A stretch of 58,224 nucleotides of DNA, the filler included, from Platydemus manokwari (lineage: Eukaryota), in assembly GCA_037951405.1 (NCBI GenBank). It is 5 parts of 5 records of this genome, joined end to end, with 100 filler letters (N's around TTAATTAATTAA, not from the genome) between each part and the next. Parts side by side here need not be neighbours in the genome. Positions count along the whole stretch, not along the records: positions 9,323 to 20,856 come from JBBMOY010617770.1; positions 20,957 to 29,814 come from JBBMOY011338538.1; 3 more parts are not named here. One strand, 5' to 3'. The translations under genes and the position numbers were made by a program. The notes beneath the pieces were generated by a model, which was given only the letters and a program-made list of their open reading frames with translations, was not told the DNA's origin and searched no databases. This document shows positions 12,585-24,287 of this stretch, piece by piece (positions within the stretch are counted from its first letter, which is position 1; each line of letters opens with the position of its first letter).

Positions 12585-15500
12585 ATGGCAATATTTACAC
12601 CAACTAATCAAAAAAGGCTAACTAATGTTTCAGTAGTTAGGCTTTTGGTTAAAACTGATAAGAAAAGACACCGTTTTGAAATTGCTTGTTATCCGAATAA
12701 AGTTAATGCCTGGCGTCAAAAACTGTAATTTTTTTTCAAATCACAACCTATAAATTTATGTCTAGTGAATCAAATATAAATGAGGTTTTGCAATCGGAAC
12801 ATGTTTACACCAATGTTTCAAAAGCAGAACTTGCTAGTAAAGATAGTTTGAACGATGCTTTTCAAACAACAAATGTACCTGATATATGCAAAATTGTAAG
12901 CTATTATTCAGCAAACTATTTTATACTCGTCTTTCAGATATTAGAAAAAGGTGAATTACAATTGACAGAAAAAGAGCGCCAAGTTCATTTAGACAACTTA
13001 ACGAAAGATGTTGCCAAAATAGTAGCCAGTAAAACATTGAATCCCAATACTCAGATATGCTTTCCAGTCGGTGTGATTGAGAAAATGATTAAAGATTGTC
13101 ACATTAATTTGAAAGCAAATAAATCTGCCAAACAACAGGTCAATATTTAAAATTGACTTTATTTAAATTTAAATTTTATACGAATATAAATCAAAATATT
13201 TTACACCGAAATTTACTGATTAAGCAAATAACTTTTTAGCAGAAATTAATTCATTGTCTAGGAAATTGATTTTTTAATTGATCTTTTCAGTCGCTCGAAG
13301 TGATTCGTTTGTTGAAGCGAAAATCGAATGTTGCCATCGATATGGCGACGTTTTCTGTGTCAATCATCGTTCCACAGAAAAACATCAAATCGCTTAAACG
13401 GGATTTGTTAAATTACTGTGAAAGTGTCGTTAATGAAACAATGCAAGGTCATGATTTGAAAATAGTAGGTAGATTTTTGTTTAAATTTGAGTATTTGTTA
13501 TTTGTGATATTTTCCATTTTATTAATAATTTTATTGATTTTTTAAAAAATTTCATTATCGTTTTAATATTTAATTTTTGTGAATTTCGATATTTATCATT
13601 TCATTTGGGAATGATTCTGTTATTATTATTATTCAAAACCTTTTGTTTGGGTGATGTACTAAAGGGATCATCATGATTGGTCTCATCACCTTATACTGGG
13701 TATTTTTCCATGATTTAGAAGCTCGATCAAAAACGCCATGCTCCAGTTCCAGCCCCATATATTCGGAATGAGATGGATGGATGGTGTTTGTTTTAATTGT
13801 TAGAAATTTAAAAAAAATATTGATTTTGACTAGTTATACCCCTTGTCACAACTAAGCTTGTGAGGGATCAGAACTCGGACGAAATGATCTGATTCGAGTC
13901 ATATATAAGCCTGAATTTATCAATAATATATTTCTATTAAAGATCGACGTTGAAATATAAATATTTTACAAAATCTAGAAAAAATTCTCAACAAAAATAT
14001 TATTTATATATTGATATTAACTTTGTCGTTTGTAAAACTCTGATTATGACCTACTGGAGACTGGATGGAATGAATTGTTGATAAGCCTGTTAAATAGCGA
14101 GCGGGAAATCTGTGATTGTTGAAATGTTGAGATGCGTTTTTATCAAAAATTGGGTCTTCATTGCAAGCTTTAATTGTGATTCGTCAACTTTGAGCTTTTA
14201 ATTAATTAATATTTGATTTAATTAAAATTATAATATTAAATAATAAAAATGTATAACAATTAATCAATGTTTTCATTTCGGTGCATATCTTTATCAGTAG
14301 AATAGCAGATTATTTGTTTTATATAAAATATAATTCGCACATTATAATGGGATTTATAAATGGATTTCATGAATTTATAAAGGCAGTTTGATCAAATATC
14401 ATCATTTAATGAAATCAGTGAATGAATGAAATATGGGCATCTGTATTTGATTCCAATTTGTAAATTGCAATACAATATAAATATATGTGTGTCTTATAAA
14501 TATTGATCAGAAAATATCATAATTAATTGAAATAATAATATAAATTAGCATTATAACTTGTTGAAACCCTTTCGTGTCTGATCGGCTATTTTTGTTCCAC
14601 TATAAGCTGGCATCGCATACTGGTCATTTTTCTAAAATGTTCTTCTCGGTTGGCGGGATTTAAACAGCACTGCGCTTTAACAAGCACTATGATGCTTGTG
14701 GTGTATGATTCTTATAAAAATTCATTTTTGAGTTTTATTAACACGAAAAGTTATTTTAACAGTTGTAAATAGGTGGGCACGAATTGGTTTTAACTTTTAA
14801 CAAATTGAAATTTTAATGAAATCAATCCATTTAATTGTTCGGCAATTAATAATTAATTGAAAGAATTATATAAATATCCATTATAATTTTTTAAAACCCT
14901 TTCGTGCCTAATTCACCATTTTTGTTCTGAGATTTTATTATGTTACTAAACACTGACAACGGATATTGGAATTTTTTTCTAGAAGTTCTTCTAATATGAT
15001 ATGATTTTAACAGCACCCTGATATCTGTGGTAAATGATTCTTATAAAAATCAATTAATTAAATTTTCGACAAATCAAATTACTTGAATTTTGAAACGTCT
15101 ATTCATTAAAAGTGGTAAAATTTCGCATGAATTCGAATCGTTTAATAAATAAATAAATATATGATTATTATTCAATAAAAATTAAAACAAATATTTTTTA
15201 GGAAGCTGTTTTTGAGCCTGGAAATTATGATTTGTTTAAAGAGAATTGTGGTTCAAAATGTACCATTGAAGTGACAAAGATATTAGACATTATTGGGGAT
15301 CAACAACACGGTGCAGATCCCAGCTTTTTAGGGAAAAGTGATTCCGATAATGATGAAAAAGACCAGGAGGAGTTTCGCAGCGGTGTAGCGAAAGGAAAGA
15401 AAAATAAGAATATCGAATATGATTCAGATAAAGAAAAACTGGACGGCGATGATGATAAAATGTCATCGAAAAACTCTCAAAGAAATAGAAAAAATAAGGA

Positions 15501-15720
15501 ATACAGTTCTTCTGTCAAGGATGATTCGGAAGATGAGAAAATTGAAGAGAAAGAGAAAATTATGACGAAGAAAACCCGCCGAAGAGCGAGGAACAAAGCG
15601 ATTGGTGACGAAACCAACCATGAGTTGCCAGCTGAAACTAAAAGCGATATAATTTCTTCGGATGAAGAGGATAATGGCAAGTCTCGTCGTCGGGGTAAAA
15701 AACGGGGAAATAGAAAATAG
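12585..15720 (+). CDS. SBDS: Ribosome maturation protein SBDS/Sdo1 (387 aa predicted, with C-terminal extension)
   Basis: Exons 12585-12724, 12766-12895, 12938-13138, 13291-13464 and 15202-15720, all GT-AG with matching phases. Motifs [80 protein letters not shown]. Confidence 0.93.
14521..15051. repeat. Diverged direct duplication (about 200 bp x2, offset 330 bp) in SBDS intron 4
   Basis: Copies 14521-14722 and 14851-15051 share colinear blocks AATTAATTGAAA, CATTATAA, AAACCCTTTCGTG, ATTTTTGTTC, GTTCTTCT, AACAGCAC, TGTGGT and ATGATTCTTATAAAAAT. Confidence 0.85.
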
Positions 15721-18249
15721 ATTTGTTTAATCTTGTTTGCTATAATTATTAAGGTTTATTTCAGTATTGTTGCCGGTATTTGATTGCTGTATTCTTACGT
15801 TTTTTTGATTATAGATAAATATTTTTATCATTTAACCTTTGATTTTTGTTACATTGTTTTGTTGTTGTGATGTGTTTGTCTCGATTGGGGTGATCTTTTG
15901 CGGGCAATTTTTAGCTTTCATTTCTTTAATTAATTATTAATCATTATTATTATTATTATTATTAATGTGTTAGGGTTATTCTTAACATCTAATTATATAT
16001 ATGCAGCGATTTACTGTGAATATTTGATACACGATGTTTCGGGAAACAATTTTACGAATTGGGAATTGGGAAACATAATATACTTCTTTAGAGGAGTTCG
16101 ACAGATGTCCTGATTTTATATTGCATTATATTTCTCTACATTCGTTTCAAACTAATCGAAATTTGTATTTATTAAAACAAAATTCATCAGGGTTAGGTAA
16201 ACAGTTGAATATTATTGAATGAAATCAATTTTGGAATGTTTTGCATTTTTAGATATTTTGCTCTTTTTAGATTATGATTTTCAATAAATGTTAGAATTTT
16301 CGCTTTTTGAATTGAAAGAATTTTTCAGGAATTTACAATTTGTGTTCTGAGTAACTTGATATTATTATTATTTATCATAATTTATCATTATCCATTAAGT
16401 AATTTTAAAATAAAATATTCAGTTAAGATATTTAATCTGTGATTATTATTTTAGATAGTCATTATTATCAAATCTAAACTTTGACCTTACGTAAAAATTA
16501 TCTGAATTCAGTATTTTGATAAATAAATTCTTATTAATGCATATCGAATATATTAAAACAACGAATCTATAGACAACTATAATTATTAGTTTTATTTTTC
16601 CAAATTAGATGATGCTAAGATTGCAATTGGATATGTTTTTGGTTTTGTTTAATAGAAATATTCAGTCAAGTTACGTTTTGTCTTTTAAAATATTGTTCAC
16701 ACAAGTCATACATAAATGAACTGAGATTTAATTTAAACAATTGAAAATTAATGTGCTTCTGCAGCTCATTGAAATGTAGAAATGAATCATGTCCGATATT
16801 CGCTTGCAGTAACCATATTATTAAATTATTTATACCGGAAAAAATGAAGTCAGAAAATCACTTTAGAGACAATTATCTTCTCTTATGAAATATAAGTTAA
16901 ATAATTAAATAAACTTAGTTATAATAGGAATATTCTTTCATTGTAATTAGTGAGTATATCAAGAATAAACTGTAAAAAATATGTTTATATCTATTATGTT
17001 TGTAACTTCTTGGATAGTCAAAGCACTTAAAATATATGAAGAACGAGAAAATCAATATATAATATTAAATGATCTTCTATAATGTAAAAAAGCATCCATT
17101 TTAAGTAGAAATAAATATGCCTTTTGGTTTTAATGAAATTAATAAGATAAATATTAGTTTGTTTTTTGATAAACCATGTTTGAAGTTTAATTTTTGTTGT
17201 GTTTGTGTTTGAATAAAATAAGCTACAATTATTAATCGGTTGATGTTCGACTTGTATGATTATTAGCTTATACATTATAATCAAAAATATAAATATTAAA
17301 GCTATACATAAAATGATAAATAAGTACAATAGCAGCAAGGCACCAAAATCAATTTGTGAACTGAATTCGAAAATTGTTTAGAATATATCAGTAGTATATT
17401 ATATAAAATACGCATTATCTTAATGATTAACCTATAATTAACTTCATTTTCTATATAAAACAAAAAATCGCCCAGGGATCTAGTTATCCAACCGATAGGA
17501 AAAAATCGACATGACTTCATTAGTCGCACATTCGATAACGCCTATTTTTAAAGGGGATAAGACAATGATGTTTTTAATTTGCTAAGGAAACCTACTGAAT
17601 GGGATTAGCGTGTGATAAAATTAATTACAATGATAGAAAACGTTTACTTGAGAGAGATCTGAAATGGAAATTGATTTCACACCGGATGTAGGAGTTTCTG
17701 AAATGGTCTTTTGCAAAATTGTATTCTTCGCAATGAATAAACTTTTATTGCAATGCAATTTGCTTGGATGGTAAATTTTTTGCTATAGAGGTATTGCATG
17801 ACTTAGTGACTACGTTTTTAATACTTTCTTTTTTTGCTCATATGACCACTTGTTTGAAAATTGAGCTTTTTAATTACTAAATATAGTCTTTATTTTCATA
17901 AACATCGTAGCTCTATGTTTGGTATTCATTAACGACTAATTATAATTTTTTGATAAATTTATTAATTTTAATTACTAAATTAAATAAATTTTCAAAATTA
18001 ATTAAATTTTTTATTCATATTTATTTTATATGATTATGATAGTGGTTAAAGATAATAAAATAATAATAAGTAAATAATAAAATATCAATAAATTACTTGA
18101 TTGATTTGAGAATATCATGTCAGTTCAGATAATAAATAAGAAAATGTATGAAGGTGATATATTACTTAGATCGAATTGAAATTTACTATTTAGTATTTTA
18201 CCTTTATCTAAATTATTATCTAAATAAAAGATATTATCCACACTCTTAC

Positions 18250-18621
18250 GTTATCAGCTTTTCCAATACAGGTTGTTGTGCACAGTCTATTCATTTTTAT
18301 ATAGAAGTGAAATTTAGTACATCATAACTGTTTATAATCTACTTTTTCAACCATAATGATATCTTTCCGGAACAACAGTTTAAAATCTTAAATATATTGC
18401 CATCATAATCCAAAAACAGTGTAAATTCTTTATTCAGAATGTAGAGTCCTGCCTCAGTCCCGTTAGGCACAACAATACAAATTCATTCATCGAAATCATT
18501 AGATGTATTCATGATGCCAATTGAAAGTGATCACAATAGAATACAAATAGCATAGGAGACAATATAACACATCAATGCGTATGTATGCATAAAAGTATCA
18601 TGTTTGTTAAGGCTTTCATCA
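18250..18621 (-). pseudogene. Possible decayed 7TM/GPCR-like exon (TM4-loop-TM5 region)
   Basis: Bounded by AG and GTAAG. Reads YALMCYIVSYAICILL*SLSIGIMNTSNDFDE*ICIVVPNG and, after a frameshift, CFWIMMAIYLRF*. Two hydrophobic segments flank a loop Cys; in-frame stops are present. Confidence 0.3.
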
Positions 18622-20856
18622 CTAATTTAAATAAAAATATTAAAAATAAAAAATTTTAATAATAAAATTTTCCAAAATTAACCACGGAAGAATAACTAAA
18701 AACATAAAAATATTTAAAATATGTAAAATAAATTTGTCTGTTTATTGTAAAAACAGTTCCTTTTGATTATAATTCCATTTCCCTAATCGTGAAAATTATT
18801 AGTGTGGTTTTATAATTCTTATGAATATTTATCAGTTTTATGTTACTATAGAACTTTTAAGTCGAACTTATAAGTTGTTTAAGTTTTATTAGTTCAGGAG
18901 GATTTTGGCGCGTTTAAAGTATAATAGTGTTTATTTTGTGCCTAACTCTCCAAAGGTGCAATAATAGAAATAGTGATAATAATTTAAATATAAGTAAATG
19001 AGAATAAATGAAAATATAACATCATAATTGTTAAATCAAATGATGTACAAATATTTAATAATAACAATCAATAAATATCAATTAGCAAAGATTAAATCAA
19101 TCTCAAATAATAATTACTGAATAACATATAACCAAGGGGTTTCTTTTAATAATACTATTTTTAATCAACAACTATTGTTTTGTGATGAAATTTAATAGAT
19201 AATTGTGCGGAGAGATACAAAGTCTGTTTTAAAATTTTATGATAGTTGGGATCTACATAATCCGGCAACTATAGAGATAATAGGATCTGAGTTTATACTA
19301 GATTTTAGGTGATTGATAAATTTGTAATTGGTCGAAGTCCAATTCATTTTTAATTAAAATGTTTAATAGAATTATCATTGTAAAATGCATTGAATCGGTA
19401 AGGATAATAATAAGATTAAATTTACTTTGTTAGAGCAATTTCGTAGAAAATAACTTCTTTTCTAAATTTGATCGATTGAATTTTTACTCTTGACTTCATT
19501 GACAACATTGTGTAGACAATAATATATTTTTCACATGGAATAACAATTCTAGATTACTTAACAAGAATAATTAAAATTGATTTGGCTTAAAAGGTGTTCA
19601 ATATCCCAAACCATTGTTTGTCAATCATTTTGTTGAAATATTTATTTGGTAAACTGAAAGAAAAAATATAATAATATCGTTCATCCAATTATTTACTTGA
19701 TCATAAGATGGAAAAACCAAAACTATTTTAAACAAAAAAAAATCTTCAAAACACACTGAAAACACTTTAATGATTGGAAAATGTTGAGTTTGGTTTCGGT
19801 TTTTATTTCCTCTCATTTTATAAATATTCAAAAATAATTTAAAAAAAAACAATACAATGATAATAATCACTTCAAAGCAATCGAAAATTTCCGCGATGCA
19901 AAAAACCAATTTTTCACTCTCAATTTCTCTTGATTTAAAAATTTTCGTCGAAAAATTAAAATGATTTCTCATCGTTATCAGTTAGGAAAAATGTTTGATT
20001 AGAATATAATGTTACATATTATCAATAGACGTTTTTATTTTATTTTTAAATAAAAATTTGTTATTGATATCACAATTAAAACAAACAAAGACCAAAATGG
20101 ATAATGATAATTTCAATTAAATGGTCCTCGAAATGTGATAGTAATATTATTAATTATTAAAATATAAAGTTGAATACAATTAAATTTTCCCAAAAAAAGA
20201 AAATTCCATTAATTCTTCTTTTCATTGATATGTAACAAATATATGTTTTCGGCTTTGATATTTGTTTATGTTTTTTTTTTCATGTTGATAATATCTCAAA
20301 CAAACATAATTGAACGATATTAACAAAAAAAAACACATTAATTTTTGTCCAGTCGACTACTCATTCAGAAGCGATGGCTGGTGTTTCGTGGAAACTTGGT
20401 ATATCTCGATAAGCAGACAATTGAAACTTTCTCACCCAATTCTAAGAAGAAGCTCCATATAATAATTGAGAATTTGACAATACTTATACATTGTTTGTAA
20501 CAATTTATTATGGTACTGGAAACAATGGCAATATTGTTTGTCGAAACCAAGTGTCACAGGCTTACATGAATGAGAGATACAAATTTTCATTAATATAATG
20601 TAACATATTTTCGCTCACTTGTTGCTAGGCGATGACAAAAAAATGTAACATTTATGAGGTATTGGAGCAAAACAAATATTAGTGTCTCTCTCATTGTTCA
20701 TTAATTATTACGGTTTCAATTACAGATAGTTTGGTTTGTTGGCTTTTATGTGAAAAATTGCATTAAATTTCATTCGTCGAATTTTATTTCCAATTTAAAG
20801 TGTTCACATTTATTCATTTGATGAAAAAAAAATCGGAAGATAAAAATTCAACAATT

Positions 20857-20956
20857 NNNNNNNNNNNNNNNNNNNNNNNNNNNNNNNNNNNNNNNNNNNN
20901 TTAATTAATTAANNNNNNNNNNNNNNNNNNNNNNNNNNNNNNNNNNNNNNNNNNNN
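20857..20956. other. Artificial contig spacer (44N + TTAATTAATTAA + 44N)
   Basis: Same 100-bp construct as at 9223. Confidence 0.97.
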
Positions 20957-21499
20957 TGTTGTTTTAAATAAATTTATGTACAACAAATTTTTATTTCCAA
21001 TTTTGTCCGCGAACTTTATTTACAACCTAATAGTTTTATTATTACCGGAGTTAGAGAAAATTTAACTAGGAAAAATTACAGAAATTAAATCTAACATGCT
21101 TTTGCAATTGGACAACGCTTTAAATTTTTTTTGTCATCTAACAGTAAAAATGACTTTGATGAGTTTCGCTACATGGGCAACTGGCTTAATTGTGCTGCTA
21201 ATTAAGCTTCTAATACGTCCTTGGAGAAAATCCAACAACAATAATTCAAAAACTTCTAAACTGAACTTCAGAGTAAAACCTAAAGTTACTCTCAAAGACA
21301 ACCAGAATGATTAGACACTGAAGACGAGTACTATTAGGACGAGTCTTACAGTGCTTCCAGTCCAAAGATAAAGGCTAACAGGAGATCACAGCTCCTTTGA
21401 TCCAGCAATACCGAGACTACCAGTCATGATACACTAAATAGTTGCAGACAAATTAACCGGGTGGCCAGAGTTTTAGAAAATACTTATTAGATTACCCTA

Positions 21500-23800
21500 T
21501 AGAAAATACCAATGGATACTCCCACATACCAAACAGGATATTACCAATGCAAGACTGTCATATGCAAATGTTGTGAAATCAGCCAATTGAAAGATGGTAA
21601 AAGCAAAAAGATCCCAAGCATACGTAAACTTGAATTCAAAGAAGAAACCATATTACATTAAATTAGATGAAGAAGGTTTCCGAATGACAAAGAGAAAATT
21701 CCACAAATTACACCTTTGTCTAAATCAAATAACCAATACCAACTCATTATGCAGTGAAAAAGTGAACGGAGATCCATAATCTCTCCTACTTTTAACTGCG
21801 ACAAATCATGGTCTCTGAACCATTGAACAATAAGTTTAGATAAATTCAGAAAAATTCTTAAAGAAAGAGAAAAATAGAAAAGAGTGAACCAAGCAGGCAT
21901 AAAAACAAGTACTAATTTATACAAAATCTAACTCTAAAAATATTCCAGAGTTAAAGAATAACGCAGCATTAATGCAATTCAAAAATAATATTTACTATTA
22001 TGGAATAGAAGAGACAGTTCCCTTAAAATTATGGAAACCCTAAAAGATATCTTTCGGCCAATTAGCACATTGAATAATGATTAAAGAATTAAATTGGATA
22101 ATTAGAACTTGTACAAAACAGCACCAGCCAAACAATGAAACTATGTTGACTTCGATATATCAATCACCAATCACCTGAACTAGGATATTCTCAACCTAAA
22201 CAATCACGACCAGAATTTATGATTAGAGAGAGAAACTTCGAAATGATTACCTCATAGTTCTGAACAGTTTAATCAGTGAACTCCACTCATATTTCAATGA
22301 AACACCCAACATTTCCTCTATCGTCATGGAGAATTAATAATGCTGATGCATTGATAAGTTCCACGGTTCTTCCACAAAATATAATAGGTCCAAACTCTTA
22401 TGATTCATGTAAATATTTAAATGTAAAAAAAAGAAAGACAGAATATACAAGAAAAAAAACTCAAAGCCTTGGAAACCAATAGGAAACACATAGGTCGACG
22501 AACAAAGACGTCGTATTCAGGAGAATTCAAAAAATTATTCCAAGTCAAGAAAAATTACTGTTTTTAATGAATAAAAAAGGTGTAGCATCGATACCAAAGA
22601 AATTAATACCAAATGATCCATATCAATCACTCCCAGCTAAATGCTGTTAGATAGTGACTAGCCACACGGAACCTCTCTTTTGATGAGATCCCAGACCTCG
22701 TCTCAATATCATATACCGAATGGTTCTTCAGAGACCAGTTAATCAACATATGTTAATTTAACTGGTTACCTATTCACCAGTTGCTATGTTAAAGAATTAA
22801 TTACAAATGGAGCCAATCTCAGTGAAATAGGCAACAACCTAATGGTGCTCGCATCATGTTAAATCATCCTTGCTCCACTTAGTGTACGAAAAGAACATTG
22901 GACCCTATCACTCGGCCTACCCATTTGAGAGAGAAATACTGATTAGGGAGGAATTCTTATATGAAGCTGAAACCAAAGTGAAGAGAATACGCAACACTGT
23001 GAAGTACGAAAACACACTTTTAAAAAACCCAAAATTTAAAAGAAAGTTCTACGATAAAAAAACAACGTCAATTAAAAACAAAAATGTCAAACGAAACCTA
23101 TAGGAATTGGGTATCCGACAGAGTTACCTAATCTTTATGCCTGTATTCACAATTACTATCAATCCAATATCAGTACAAATGTACAGATGTATTGCTGGAA
23201 GCCTTATAATTGCCAATCACCGAATTTGATGCCTCTTTTATTCAGTGATTATTGCGTAAGACACAAATAGACTTCAAATGGTGATCAACAAGGCATTTGC
23301 ACTCGAATTCCAATTTGGTTTCAAGTTCAAACCATCAAATTGTGATTACTTATATAATCGAAAAGTAAGTAAAAATGCGGAGGAATTCGTGATCTACAAA
23401 GAGAAAAAACTCACAATCAGTCTAAAAGAGCTCTATCGCTGCCTAGGAAAGAATTTATCTACGAAGCTACATAATGCAACTGAATAACTATTTACCGGCA
23501 TGCAAACCATGATGAAAAAACTGGAAAAATGCACCTTACTGCTATGGTAAAAGCTTAGGGCCTTAGAGTTGTTTGTGCACACGAAACTGTTCATTTTTGT
23601 TGTAAGGATTATCAGAACTTGTCATGCTCAGCCCTGAGGAAATTAGAAATTGATAAGAATATGATAAACAAAATAGCTTTTGTTTCCATAAAGCCGAATA
23701 TAAATTTGAGCTATCTGCAATGGAATTTCCACAAAGCAGCAAAGGCACCTTTAAAAATAAGGAAAGAAGGTCGCAGTCATCGAAAGGCTGGGCAGAATTG
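21500..23800 (+). mobile_element. Degenerate non-LTR retrotransposon with Ulp1/C48 protease-like and RT remnants (NeSL-like); boundaries approximate
   Basis: RT remnants: LGIRQS (23110), LQMVINKAFALEFQFGFKFKPSNCDYL (about 23272-23350) and LYRCLG (YKYLG-like). Upstream lie WFFRDQLIN (22721) and IILAPLSVRKEHWTL (22863-22907), resembling the Ulp1 WL.D..IN and I..P....HW.L motifs. Many stops and frameshifts. Confidence 0.6.
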
Positions 23801-24287
23801 ATTGAATTAGCGAACTGTGATTCATGAAATGATATAAGTAAAGAACCATGTAAGTCCCATGCAAGATTATCTCGATTATCAATATCTACTTATAAAAATT
23901 TGTATATTTATTGTTGACTTCCAAAAGTGAAAAATTTGAATACAAAATATTTATAAATAAAAACATTGTAAAGCAAATTAAATTCACTAATAAAACATTC
24001 ACAATAGTTTTTGATGTATTCAAACTGGCAGGCTGTCAATAAGTTGTTGATATATTTAATACTAGAGATCTGTATGTAACATTTGAAAAGTTTTATTGAT
24101 GTTTTTAACTACTCGAAATAGGATTGTGTGAACATTATGTTTTTTCGAAATGAAATTGCCAACTTTAACAATTTCTGATTGGTCAACGTACGTTGTTGAA
24201 TGTTTGTTTAAATTCGTAGCAATCTCACTGAAATATTCAGATGTAGTGTTTAAGCTTAAAATATATGATATAATGCTGTCTTCTTAC

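Noticed and set aside
18250-18621. Alternative genetic code (TGA=Trp)
   Set aside because: Runx terminates with TGA, the intact genes use TGG for Trp, and this segment also has a frameshift.
17027-19972. Hydrophobic I/F/L/K-rich ORFs (17027..17338, 17302..17529, 19625..19972)
   Set aside because: Their composition is what random AT-rich DNA gives, and there are no motifs or convincing splice structure.
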